64,000 bases of DNA, taken from Octopus bimaculoides (Eukaryota). Location of the stretch: the NCBI RefSeq assembly GCF_001194135.2, contig NC_068982.1, forward strand, positions 155,463,442-155,527,441, written 5' to 3'. This document shows positions 13,414 to 26,110 of this stretch, piece by piece (position 1 is the first letter of the stretch; each line of letters begins with the position of its first letter). A model generated the notes under the pieces. The model searched no databases, was not told the origin of the DNA, and worked only from the letters and a program-made list of their open reading frames with translations. Both the position numbers and the translations under genes were made by a program.

Positions 13414-15594
13414 GGACTCTCATGTTGAAGATGATGTATGAGTGTTCAGCTTTTGCTGAACGATCTGCACAACTGATTTACTTATAGTGATCAAGTGTAT
13501 GTGCTTGATATTAGCTCACTCCCTCCATCAAATTGATGTTGCCTGAACATATCTATATAGGTGTGTGGGGGTGAGTTAGTGTGCACATGTACATGCAAAT
13601 ATTCCGTGTTTTTGCATAATGCCATCTGAGCAAAATTCCTGTTTCAATAAATCTCCATCTTACCCATGCTGGCTTGGAAAAAGAATGGAAAATGAATGAA
13701 TACATATATAGGGACAAGCTATATATTGACTGTAAATATGAACTATATAAGATGTTTACTAGCACCAATCTAAGCTAGTATTGCTTTGTAATTGTTAACA
13801 TGGGGAAGCCTATTTTCTTTTCTCTCTTCTAGATAGATGTTTGTAAATATCTTCATAATTTTTACATTTTTCTCCATCGCCTGACTTGGTAATGCCACCT
13901 GACTGGCTCCCCTGCCGGTGGCACGTAAAAAGCACCATCCAAACATGGTCTATGCCAGTAGCCCCTGACTGGCTCCTGTGCCAGTGGCACATAAAAAGCA
14001 CCCACTACACTCTTAGAGTGGATGGGATCAGAAAGGGCATCCAGCTGTAGAAACCCTGCCAGATCAGATTGGAACCTGGTGCAGCCTACTGGCTTGCTAG
14101 TCCTCAATCAAACCATCCAACCCATGCCAGCATGGAAAGCAGATGTTAAACGATGATGATGATGCTGTTCCCATGCGTTAATGAGTTAGTTTTTTTACAT
14201 AGCATTTCATGTTACAATTCTTCGTTCTCTCCTTTGTGAGACTCAATGTTCTGAGATCAACCTCATCGGATCTACCATGCTTTCATAATCTATCACTTTC
14301 TATACTCATTATGTGCTGTCCATACCACCACAGTTATCATTCTTGCTCACTACAGCAGATACTTGTAATATCCAGTTCTTTCAACAAAAGGGACATCTTA
14401 GATAATGTGTCTTTGATCAATCATAAGTTTGCTCAAACAGAGCAGTCCCGAACCTAAATGAAATGTACAGTTTTATGTGCAATGGTAACAATTGATTAAG
14501 TAGTTGGGTATATTGTTTATGAAATCATATGATTTATCAGAGCAAATACTTAACTGAATTTATCTTCTCTACAGTCAACACTTCCTCTAACTGGTTGCTT
14601 GGCCTGTTAGAAATACAAAAAAAAAAAAAAACCGCTTACAGCTGGTTCAGTCAGGTTTGATATGGGCTAAGGCATAGTTGTGTGGTTAAGAAGCTCTCAT
14701 TGCAATCACATGATTTTAGTTCAATCTTGTTGCATAGCAACTTTGCCAATTTTGCTTTCTTCCACAGTCTTGTAAGTGAAATTTGATAAACAGAAACTGT
14801 ATGGAAGGCTGTCAGAGTGATTGTTCTTGAGTTCTAGGCTTAATCCTTTTGATACAAACTTGCCTGAGAACATTCTAGTTCTGATGTAAAAATACCAATT
14901 TAAAGTATTGAAATTATGTCTTCCATCATAATTTTATGCAAGTACAAAATTTCCTTACAAATAACAATTGAATTGAAATGCATCAGTAGTGTATTTTGTT
15001 AGAATGTGAACACAAAAGGATTAATCTGTGGTCCATATTTAACACCACCACCACCTGACCCACAATTATTCCTTTAGTTGAGCCAGCCCACTCTATTGCA
15101 AAGCATTTGAGCCAGATCTCTGTTCTAAGGACAACTTCTCTCCCATTTGCCTACCAATCCTTGAAAAAGCTTGATGGATGCTATCTTTCTGAGTAAAATA
15201 AAATAAATAGATAAATAAATAAAAAAAATACCCTCCAGTGACCAAAGCAGTAGAACCAGCTAAATTGTACTGTGTAGTGTTGGGCTGTCTTATAATCCTT
15301 CATTAGTGACAGTCATTTTGTTTTTTAATTTGTGTACATCTATTGCATTTGAGTGCAGAACTATGAAACCATTTTAAGGAACAACAATGATAAAACTGCC
15401 TTCTCATGTGTAATTTTAAATTCTAGTCATAGATCCACAATTAGGAAGGAATTAAAAATAAGTGCCAGCTGTGAATTGAACCCTATCTTTTTCTTGATTT
15501 CTTTCTATATTAACCATTAACTTCAAGCCAATGCAAGAACTTCTACATAGTCTCTTGGTAGAAAATCTTCTTCATATCATTTGTTTCTACTGTC

Positions 15595-15657
15595 TTAACA
15601 TTTTAGTATTTAAATCAGCCATATCTGGCCCAAGTAGTCTGAACGCTAAAGGGTTAA
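15595..15657. mobile_element. TTAA-flanked (piggyBac-like) MITE, internally deleted; longer copy at about 18784-19006
   Basis: ttaa-cattttagtatttaaa ... gaacgctaaaggg-ttaa. The 18.8-kb copy shares both ends. Confidence 0.6.
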
Positions 15658-16549
15658 AGGTAAGGATTTGTTGAATAATTTAGTCCTAGATGTGTCAGAA
15701 TTAAAGGCAAGACAGTCATAGTTGGAATACTTTTAATCGTAGGTCCTACTCGATCAAGAATTGACCTGATGCTAAATGATAACAAATATGCATCTGTAAA
15801 GTTTGTCACTGATTAAAAGCCTTGAGTTTTTTGCTGTTAAGACATTTCATATTTCTAATTTGGTAAATGAATTTTGACAAGTTACTGAACTACATCCAAA
15901 ACATATGTAACTAGAGATTCTAATCCTTGTTAAGTATATAAAATCAATTATTATAGATTAGTAATTATACTAAAAAGAAAATGGGATTGAGATGCTCATT
16001 TGTTTCTGCTTTCTCTCTTTGTTTCTCTCTAAACACCCACCCACAATACTTCAGCCCTGCCAGTTATGTCTTTATGAGTCCATCTCAAAAGACTGAAAAA
16101 TAATTTAAGACTTCTCTCAGATCAGGGGTGGGGAGTAGAGTTGTTATTTACTCCAATGGCTTCTGCTCAAGTAGTCATGTGATTAAAGGCACTCATACCT
16201 ATCGTATTCTTTTAATGTCATAGGATGTGTTTTCAAACAGGCGGAACAATTCATCAATATTCTTTTATTGGTTCAAAGAAAAGAAAAAGAAAAAAATTAC
16301 ATAAAATTAAGTAGGCATTTTTTCCTCTTAAAAGTTGAAATATTTGTTAAATATTAAACATATTTAGTGAAATTAAAAAGTTGGTCTTTTGTTAATTTTC
16401 ATAGTGGAAGACAGAACAGTTGTAGAAGTGATGCACCAGCATGACCTTAACTGCGATGGTTTAAAGAACAGTTTATTTCAAGCTTTTTGATAGATTTTTA
16501 CTTTCTACTTCAGTATTTATGTATCATGAAAGATGGAAATGACATAAAT

Positions 16550-16805
16550 CAGTGGTTTTCAACTGGGGTTCACATGACCCTTGGTGGGGTCCATATAAGA
16601 TTTTGTTGTTAAAGTTTATGCGCAAGACGTTGGTTATATTTCTACAATACACAAAATATTCAATTTTTTTAATACAATTCTTAATGATATTTAATTATAA
16701 GAATATAATACGATTTTTTGTAAAACATTGAATGGGTATGTGGGTCAAGCAGAGTAAAATAGGAATCAAAGGGGCCCATAAGCAAAAACTGGTTGAGAAA
16801 CACTA
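16550..16805. mobile_element. hAT-type MITE
   Basis: TIRs CAGTGGTTTTCAAC / GTTGAGAAACACTA and degenerate 8-bp TSD acataaat/atgtaaat. A similar element lies at 9621-9872. Confidence 0.7.
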
Positions 16806-17199
16806 ATGTAAATAGTAACAGAGACTGTTGCTTTGTAGTAGTTGCTAGTGCTGCTGGTGTCATTGTTGCTGAGCCCCAGGTCAACCCTGATAGAACAGGC
16901 TTTTAGATGTTCTAACCATGACTTTCTTGCTTTTCAGAGGTTTGTAGGACTACATATATTATCCAGTGGTATGGTTTAATTTGATGAAGGTTTGGCTGTT
17001 ATTTCTAGTAGGTCAAACAACTATGTACAGGATCCCTCAGTGGTATAGGTAGTTCGATGTTCCACCTTTCTCAATAAAAATTTCACATAATCTTCAGTGC
17101 TGAAGTTTATTTTAGCTCTCTCGAGGCTGCTGTAATTGACTAACCCCATTCCCTTCAAACTTGGTAGCCTTGTGCCTAAATTAGAAAGAATTATCATCA

Positions 17200-17660
17200 T
17201 CATTATGTTTTGCCTTTCCTTTAATTTACACAAGCTGCACTCTAGTCTCAACCAGAGATATTAAAGGACAACAGGTGAGGTGTAGTGCAATTGATAAAAC
17301 TAGTGACTGTGTGTTGTATGAAAGAAATCTCTGTAAAATTTATAAGACTGAATGAATGAGATGGTATTTACATGAAGAGGAATTTATTTCATATATGAGA
17401 GGTAACCCATAAATATACTCTTTTGCTATTCATCTATTTTGGGGATGCCAGGAATTTGGTCTACATATTTGTTTACTCCTTTTGATAAAATTTCAAGTGC
17501 CTCAATAGCAATAGGTAAACGTTGTTGCTTTAGGATGCCACATTCTTCTGGTTTCTATTCTCCAAATCCTTTTGCTCAATTTCTCAAATGTTTTCAGAGG
17601 TGTAATTTTATCAGTTGGGGCAGCAACATCCAAGTCTTTGCTACTTGATTTTTCACAATG
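17200..17660 (-). mobile_element. R4/Dong-like non-LTR retrotransposon 3' remnant
   Basis: Minus strand, with frameshifts, reads DVAAPTDK..EKLSK..MWH..PIAIEALEILSKGVNKYVDQIPGIPKIDE*QKSIFMG, the R4-type RLE C-terminus, followed by 3'UTR. Confidence 0.7.
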
Positions 17661-20308
17661 ATATCTAGTCAGCAGCAGCAGTAGTCATCATTGTGTTGGT
17701 ATTATTGTTGAGGTGGTAGTAAAATTGAAGATTCCTTGGGTTAAAAGAAGTTCTCCATCACATCCTCTATTCCTACAAATTTTTACAAAAGGAGCAAACA
17801 TTGCCCATTAATTTTGCAGGCCCTTCAACATCTATTGATTGTGATTCTTCTAACTCTAATCTTCAATAATAATAGGTAGAAGTATCTCATTAATTATTGA
17901 AATTTTGATAGCTATAGTGATTGAGCTTGCTATCAGAAGCTTCAGTTAAAATCCTTTACAGGTGATATATGGCTGCTTTTTTGATCTGAAAATTATTTTT
18001 AAGCTGTTGGCAGCTACAGTGATCAGGGAAATATGATTTCATGTTGTCATATTAAATTTTAAGCTGCTTATCACTTTATCTAATTTTTATTAGATTCTTT
18101 CTCTCTCTCACTCACACTATTCATTCGTCCATCTATCTATATCATTTATCTATCAATCCATCCATCATCTATCTCTCCATCTCTCTCACTATCCACTTTT
18201 TGTTTTTATACCTCCATGTCATCATTCCACACATTTAAATATCCTGTAAAATGTTGAATCAGGTTCCACTCAACTGATTTCAGCTGGTATAGTAATATCT
18301 TTGTGTCGTAAAGTACATAATTATATTTGTAGTTGAGATTAAATCCAACATTTGTACCAATATAATTGACCTTCCCCCAAAGTGTTTAACTCTAACCTCC
18401 CAAAACTGCCCAAGATTCTGTGACATGACCCTCTTATTTTAAAATGATCATATTTAAATTAAAACCTTCCATCATAAAATTATGTTGGAAACCTTTAAGT
18501 ACTACATTAGATAATGTAGTATGTTACATATGCCCTCATCTTGCCTTCAGTTTCTTCAAACCCCAGATTAATCAAAGTCATCAGTCAGTTCCCTACATGT
18601 AATTATACATGGCCTCCTAGAAATATATGTGCAATACCCACCCCTTTCAAAAGAAAAAAAATACCAAACAGTTTAATACTAAGCTTACTAAACTCCCTCC
18701 AAATTCTTGATTGTTCAAAATGAACTGATTTTCAAAATTAATTGAAAGTCATAGACTTTATAAGAAATATAGGCGTGAAAGGATTAATGTTTAAAATGTT
18801 TAAACTATATCCTGCCAAAACATTCTACCTGTTTTATGTTCAAACTGACCAGATCCTGCCTCTTACACTTGGCCTACAATCTCATTCTAAAAATAAACAA
18901 TCACCTCATCAAAATTTTGACAGTACAAGATAATTTGTGCTTAATTCAAAACTATGTCAATAAATAAGTATTACATTTGACCGAGTAGTCTGATTGCGAA
19001 AGGGATATTTTCTATGTTTGAATTCTACTGAGGTTGAATTTGCTTTTTATTTTATCACTAATAATAGGTGTTCTCTATTGCTTTATTTTATAATGTTGAC
19101 AATTTATAAAACCCTCTAAAATCAGGACTGGACAAATAGAGTATATTGTTGTTGTTGTTTTTATTAGATTCTGACAGGAACTCCTTCAACCCCACCCCGA
19201 CTCATCCATGAAAACCTGACTCTCAAAAATGTGAATTATGTTTATATGGTATTCAAAAGTTAGTATTGTGGATAATGTTGGTCTCTTATATAGTCACAAG
19301 ATCTCAAATTTAGTGTTAAAGTAAAACATTTAATTATATCTGCCTCAGTGCTAGACTGGTTCTTTATTTTATCCAAAGTTGACCTAGTTAGAAATCGAAC
19401 TCAGAACTGAAGAAAATACTGCTAGTGAAGTAGACCTGGATCAAGCGCCTTCCTGCCATGACCATCATGCTTTTTATTTACTCTAGCTAGTATACTTTTG
19501 TGAAGATAGTAGTGTGATTTGGCTGTTATTTCTAGCAAGTCATGGTCTCTTATTAGTTCACATATTTTCTGAGGTTTCTGGAAGGAAGTGGTTATAATGA
19601 TGACAGTAAGTATTGTAACTAATTCTGAATATAGGTTATTTGTATTAACTGAAGCTTTTATTTAGTGCTAGATTTCAATGTTTCTGAATGTAATAAAAAT
19701 GATTCCTTGATTTATTTAATGAGAAATCTAGAAACATTGAACTACTCTTTCTTATTTCTCACTCTTCATAACTGTATTGTGGATCACATTCCTTTTGTAA
19801 GAATTTGTTATAGATTAAGGTTATCTTTATGTAGTGTCAATGTAGGTGTCTGATGTAGGTTTCTTAGCTGTGTAGTTAAGCATCATGTATTGTGTGTATA
19901 ATACACAAACAACATTATAGAGAAAGGTGAATGATGTAGGGAATTTGACAATATTGATACAAGTAGGTGTGCAAATGATTCTTTCAGGCCCTCAGTGTTT
20001 TAAGTATATTTTTGTGATTTTGCCTGGCCCTGGGGCTTTTGTGCTTTTAGATTTCCTTATTACTTTTTTGGGTGCATGATAGAAAGAAGGGTCAAAATTG
20101 TGTTCTGAGTGGATGGTGCGTATTGTTTTGTGTACCAGGTGTGTCTGTGTAGTTAAGAAATTTGTTGCCCAACTATGGGACCTTAGGTTCAGTCTTACTG
20201 TACAGGACCTTGGGCCAGTGTCCTCTACTATAACTCTGGATCGACCAAAGCCTTCTGAGTGGATTCGTTATGTGTGTGTGTATAATACAAAGAATATATA
20301 TGCATACA

Positions 20309-20527
20309 CGGGGGGGATGGCTGAAAAGTTCCTGGCTTTAAGGGTATTGCAAAATGCCTAGTTGGAGGCCCAACCTTCTGAGTTCTTTCACAGGGCTTGG
20401 AAAAACTGAAGGACCACTACGACGTGTGTGTGAATGTGAGAGGAGAATATGTTGAATAAAATCACAATTAACCAATCCTCCTGTATTTTCCTTTACCCAA
20501 AGCCAGAAATTCTCCAGTACCCCCTCG
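20309..20527 (+). mobile_element. Mariner-derived MITE
   Basis: Inverted ends cggggggatggctgaaaagttcctggcttt / aaagccagaaattctccagtaccccctcg|ta. Internal remnant FSQGLEKLKDHYDVCVNVRGEYVE* matches the mariner C-terminus. Confidence 0.8.
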
Positions 20528-21312
20528 TATTTGTGTACCCTTGTCTAGACGTCATTTTGATGTTTGTAAATGGGCATCATAGTCAATACAAACAAGGTTG
20601 TTTGTTGCTAGTCTTCTTTGAAAAACATGTCAAGCTATGGGAAATATCACCTTGCTTGGAATTGGGTGAGGGTTAGTGACAGGAAGGGCATCTGACTAGA
20701 AAATCTACCTCAACCAGTTCCGCCTGATCCATGCAAACGTGGGAAAGTGGACGTTAAACGATGATGATGATCTTCGGCTGATTTTATTACTGTTGTAGTA
20801 TGGGCATATTGTTTGAAACTGTCGTCACATGGAGTATGCTGTGGATATTATTGTTGCTAATTATTCTGTAAAGTGTTTTTTTTCTTCTTTTTCTTCGTAT
20901 TGGATACAGAGGTTTGCCAATTTTTTTTTTTTTTTGCTTTTTTTCCCCCCTTGTCTTGTTTGATGCCGAGTTTTATTTCAGTAGTGTAGGTTTGGTGCAT
21001 TGTGTTTGAGGTTGTATTTAGTTTATATGAGGCTGGCTATTTCTGGTGTGTAATTGCGGTTATATTTTATGAGGTTGCCATTTTTTTAAATGCATCTATA
21101 GTTATTTTATTGAATGTATGTATGCAGTGTATATGTTCGGGATTGTGGTGGTGTTGAATTCTGAAAAACCATGATTCCGTTTTTTGACAAGACTCATTCC
21201 ATAGTACTTTTTTTTTTTAAAACGCATAAAAATGTTTTTGCTTATTTCATTGACGAGGGCAGTGTAATGATAATTAGTAGCTGGTCTGTGGAAAATTAGG
21301 GAATTTACCAAG

Positions 21313-21680
21313 AAGGCATGGGCTTGTGGTTAAAAAAAAATCATTTTGCAACCACGTGGTTTTGAGTTCGGTCCCATTGCACAACACGTTGGGCAAGTGC
21401 CTTCTGTACCCCCGAGCCGACTAATGCCTAACACGTTGGGCAAGTGCCTTCTGTAGCCCCGAGCCGACTAATGCCTAACACGTTGAGCAAGTGTCTTCTG
21501 TAGCCCCGAGCCGACCAATGCCTTTTAAGTGGATTTGATAGAGGAAACTGCGTAGAAGCCGTGTGTGTATTTGTTCCACACCTCTACGTCTTAACAACTG
21601 GTGTTGATGTATTTATATCGTCGTAACTTAGTAGTTCAGTAAAGGAGACCAAGTGTATAAGTCCCAGACTTTTTAAAATA
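21313..21680 (+). mobile_element. tRNA/CORE-type SINE with triplicated 47-bp internal segment
   Basis: Degenerate tRNA head and CORE-like 'ttgggcaagtg(c/t)cttct' segment in three tandem 47-bp copies (21383-21523), followed by the (TG)n region and family tail. Confidence 0.8.
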
Positions 21681-22049
21681 AGTACCAATAGTCGATTTGT
21701 TCGACCAAAACTCTTCAAGGCAATGCCCCCAGCATAACTAACACTGTGGCACATAAGGTAGCGTCTAGAGAAGAGTTAAGTCGGCTTGGTGAGAAGATAT
21801 GGATTGTTTAGGGTATACAAGGAGTTGAGTTTGATGGTACTATGTTAGCTGTTTCGACATCTGTACTATTTGAAAACCTGGAGGTGTTCAATGCAATAAA
21901 GTCGGCTCCTGCAATGATGAGGCTTGTGGCAGTTAAATTCGTAGGAACACCGTTTCGGCTGCTCACATTCCTTGTGACAACACAGTTCGATTGGAAATCG
22001 AATCTGTATCAAATCCAGTGAAAATGCCAAATAACACAGCTTGACAAAC

Positions 22050-22440
22050 AGCAAGTTTTTTCAGCGATTCGCATGCCAGCAACTTTGCAGACATACCTTG
22101 AAGGCAGGCGCATCACTTGAAATGTAACTTAGGTGACGATATAAACAAAGCCAAGCGTAAATTCGCGCGCGCACAAAGTTTAAAAAAAGAAAAAGAAAAA
22201 CGCCTGTTGACAATCAGTTTGCATCTGACTGTAGTTGAACATAACCTCCTCACCGCCGCCGTAGCCGAAGGAACTGTCCTTCGTACATACACTACATAAA
22301 AAGATATTAATAGTGACATTGTGAGGAAAATGTTCTTGCGCACGCGTATTCTTATCGACATACATTATGAGAAGCACGTTCACACACAACTTTCTCGTAC
22401 GGACGTATTCGTAATTATCATTTATACGCATATCCACAAT
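22050..22440. promoter_or_regulatory. CpG-island-like unique sequence, candidate promoter/first exon
   Basis: Non-repeat sequence with many CpGs (gcgcgcgca, ccgccgccgtagccg). Minus-strand donor motifs at 22091-22096 (CAAG|gtatgt) and 22248-22253 (GGCG|gtgagg). It lies at the edge of the CpG-depleted left domain. Confidence 0.45.
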
Positions 22441-22655
22441 AAAAAATTAAAAAAAGACTCAAATCGTTTTGAATTATGACCTATTGCATATGAATTTCTT
22501 CGTGGATATTCTAATGAATATTACTTTTTGTGTGTGTGTAAATATACATTCTCCTGCATTGGAATATGAAATTAACTTTGTTAACTTTTAACGTGCATCG
22601 TGGACTACTATGTACTTTCGTTTTTTTTTTTTAATGTATTATACTGTTGTGTTTA

Positions 22656-23040
22656 GTGGAGGCGCAATGGCCCAGTGGTTAGGGCAGCGGACTCGCGGTC
22701 ATAGGATCGCGGTTTCGATTCCCAGACCGGGCGTTGTGAGTGTTTATTGAGCGAAAACACCTAAAGCTCCACGAGGCTCCGGCAGGGGATGGTGGCGAAC
22801 CCTGATGTACTCTTTCACCACAGCTTTCTCTCACTCTTTCTTCCTGTTTCTATTGTACCTGTAATTCAAAGGGCCAGCCTTGTCACACTGTGTCACGCTG
22901 AATATCCCCGAGAACTACGTTAAGGGTACACGTGTCTGTGGAGTGCTCAGCCACTTGCACGTTAATTTCACGAGCCGGCTGTTCCGTTGATTGGATCAAC
23001 TGGAACCCTCGACGTCGTAAGCGACAGAGTGCCAACAAAA
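22656..23040 (+). mobile_element. Full-length young tRNA-derived SINE with 16-bp target-site duplication
   Basis: A box TGGCCCAGTGG, B box GGTTTCGATTCC and an A-rich tail. Perfect TSD TATACTGTTGTGTTTA at 22640-22655 and 23041-23056. Confidence 0.9.
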
Positions 23041-25689
23041 TATACTGTTGTGTTTACTCTGTTCTGTATTTGGTTTTACTCAAAGTATATTTAAAATTAA
23101 ATGGATTTTGAAATATGATCAACGTTCTTTCCTGTTTACAATAACTCGCCCTTTCATTAAGCTGCTTCAAAACATTTTTTTTTTTAAGTGGTTGTAGTCG
23201 GATTGTGTAACCTATAAGGGTGCCTATTGGTCTTTAGTTTTAAGTTATCCTTGATCAAAGGTAATAGGTGTTGTTAAATAGAGAAAGATTTAGCTAATCA
23301 GGCGATCACGTAGACTTTTTCGTTATCACGTTTCGACGATGATGTTGTGTGTACACATACATACGTGCGCGGAAGCGCGTTAATGATAAAAGTTTTGTGT
23401 TGCTAGTTTCTTTCTTTCTTTTTTTTCTTGAAAGACTGCGTTTCAGCTTTCTTTCGGTTTGTCATCGCAGATAGAAAGTGGAAAATTATCATAAAGCAAT
23501 CAGTTTTGATATTTTGAGGGAAGGGGTAAAAAAATGTTTTCCCCAGAAATGTAATCGCCATGTTTTAAGTGTGCCCCACCCCTCAAAAAAATCGGAGTGA
23601 TGATGAGTAGAAGAGCAAAGAACTGTGTGTGTTTGTAAAATCGTAACCTTAAAAGTTTTCGAGTGGGGCGGGGGCTGCCTTATTCGACACGCTTGCTTGG
23701 ATCATAATAATAATAAACGTGTCAATGTTTCCACTTTCAGTTAATTGAGCATATCTTGAATAATGCCTTCCCTGTTTTAAGAATGTCATTTGTGATATCT
23801 GTTGAATGGAAGTTCATACGTATGTTAAAAAAACTACCCCTATTAGGGTTGTCTTGCTTGTTTTTTTGTATAATTACACCGCTGAGTGTTCAGTTTTCTG
23901 GTAGAAACAATGTTTCCTGAATTATTGAATGTCCCGAGTGGTGATTAAATCTTTTAGTTTCGTAGCTTTCAATGTCGTTAGTGTCCTATTGAAGAATATT
24001 TAGATTTACTGTGTGCATTTGTTATGTTTACAAAATGTATTTTTGTGTGTGAAGTGTTTATCTTTAAATCTACTCTGTGCGAACTCTGTGACATTGGGAA
24101 CCGTGAAGCAACGGTACTTTCTGTTGTTATTGTTGTTGTCAGTATTATTGTCATTTTCCTTGCAAAATTGTGTATTTTTCTGAAGCATATTTATAAATGT
24201 TGTTTGATTGTGATTTTGTTTATTTTGAATGTTTTGCAACACATTCGCTTAAGTGTTTTAGAAACCTGCTTTGTGAATAATTTTGGCCGCTGTAGTTCTC
24301 TGAAGGTATTTACACGTGTGTGAAATGTCTTGCATTGTAGGACCGGCTTTCTAATCAAGACAGTCCTCCTTTCTGCTACATTATATTTAGTATTCATCAT
24401 CATTTCCCGCCATTTCCGCCTACGGCAGAATGAGATAGTTGCCACTATAGTATGAATTTATGCTATTGGACATACCTCATACTAATGGTAATGCCCAGCC
24501 CACAGAGATACATGATAACCCCAAGGGCACAGTTTAAACTCCGAACTCATTAAGAGATCAGTAAATAAAGACTACCTCGATTCAGTTGGAGGAAGCTTCT
24601 AAATAGTCACTCAACCTGCAAGAAACTGCTGCTAAATATTCCTCAAATATTACCCCTCACCCCCACTGTATTCAGAAACAGATTAAAACACAAGTGTCAT
24701 GCAGTTGAAAAGTACTTGGTTTTCATTCATTAAAATTGTCTATTTAACGTTAGTGATAACATGACAGCCACGAACAGTTCCGATATCACACTTTCATAAT
24801 ATCACAATTTCACAATTTCAGTTGCATATTGTGAGATGAGTTACGACATTTTAAACCGGGCAAAAAGTTAGCAAAAGCCGATTACTACTTTTGACATTAT
24901 GTGTATGTGAGAGTGTGAGAGTGTGAATACTGTATGTGTGCATGTGGGAAACAGAAGCGGATGCGAGTGAGGTGGTGCATTTTGTAAAGACTAAAAGAAA
25001 AAGAGATCTTGAGATTTTCTTTTGTAGATTATTCACTTTAATTTTTTTCCATATGAACCAGTGAGAGAACTCTTATTTGGTCGATTGACCAGCTAGACAC
25101 AGCAGTCAAATCACTCTCGAATCACATCTCCCTAACTAGACACATTGAATAATATATTTCTAGATATACTTTGTTCGGTGGGGAGGATAGAATAGTCACA
25201 GCTGGAGCGCCTTTTATCAAGGCTGACATAAAACTAAATCACCAGTATTAATATCTTTGTTTTTAGTTATCTTCAGATTTTTTTTATAACCTCACCTTCG
25301 TGGTCATGAACTGATTAAGAATGTTAAATTGTATCCTGAGTAATGCTTCACGGATTAAGAAATAAACCGGCTTCTTCTCACCTCACTTTGCTCAGTAATG
25401 AGCTTTGAGTGCTTCCTGGAATTAAATTTAGTTCGCTGATGTATATACATACATGCTATAAGAGACATGGAGTACTACTATCATTTATATTGAAATTTTA
25501 GCCGATGATTTATTACACTGAGATAAACATTATTTTTTTAGATCCTCTAACTCACCTTTGCCCAACTTATTCATAACAGCTACCTAATTTTCCAGACATA
25601 AGGCTGAGGGATCGAACCTAGGACGTCATTATTGCGAAATGAGCTTACAGCCTTACACATACATATACGAATAGCTGAAACCACGAGTC

Positions 25690-26110
25690 TCTCTGGTTCT
25701 ACCCCAGTTGTCTAGCTCACAATTCATATACCCATGTTCTCCACCCAATTCTTAGGAGGATCATTTGGGATAGAGTTCTCCGGCACCACCTGCTTCTTAG
25801 GGTCCTATCAGAAATAACCGTCATTGTACTTGGGATTCCCAAGCGTGACCAACTGAGACTATGAATATTACCCAACCATCTCGTTCTTAGTCTCCTACCA
25901 GTTGGTTCGGTTTGAAGAATTTGTCTTGCTATCCTTTCCTACGACATTCTGGTCACATGTCCGTTGTATCATAGCTGTGACCTCTCACAGCGGAGAAATA
26001 GCAACTCGACCTGGAGAGATTTCTGGATCTCCGAGCAATAAACCCTGTCGAGTAACGTTACTCCAGAGATCCTTTGGATGAACCCCATTTCGGTGGCTTG
26101 TATTCATTAC
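25690..26110 (-). mobile_element. RTE/Expander(Rex3)-like LINE ORF2 C-terminal remnant
   Basis: Minus strand reads IQATEMGFIQRISGVTLLDRVYCSEIQKSLQVELLFLRCERSQL*YNGHVTRMS*ERIARQIL...RTRW...SWSRLGIP, matching the typical RTE C-terminus. Confidence 0.8.

Noticed and set aside
21383-21523. CRISPR-like regular repeat
   Set aside because: These are contiguous tandem units with no unique spacers, inside a eukaryotic SINE.
21812-22020. 69-codon plus-strand open frame (GIQGVEFDGTMLAVS...)
   Set aside because: The acceptor is poor and the peptide unrecognised. The opposite strand has a faint IIAG.DF endonuclease-like motif, so a decayed TE is as likely.
22656-22745. tRNA gene-like sequence (also 27445-27520)
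   Set aside because: It has A/B boxes but no proper cloverleaf or acceptor stem. It continues into a repeat body with a TSD, so it is a SINE head, not a tRNA gene.
24006-24445. Overlapping ORFs on both strands
   Set aside because: This is low-complexity T/G-rich sequence; the ORFs are compositional artefacts.
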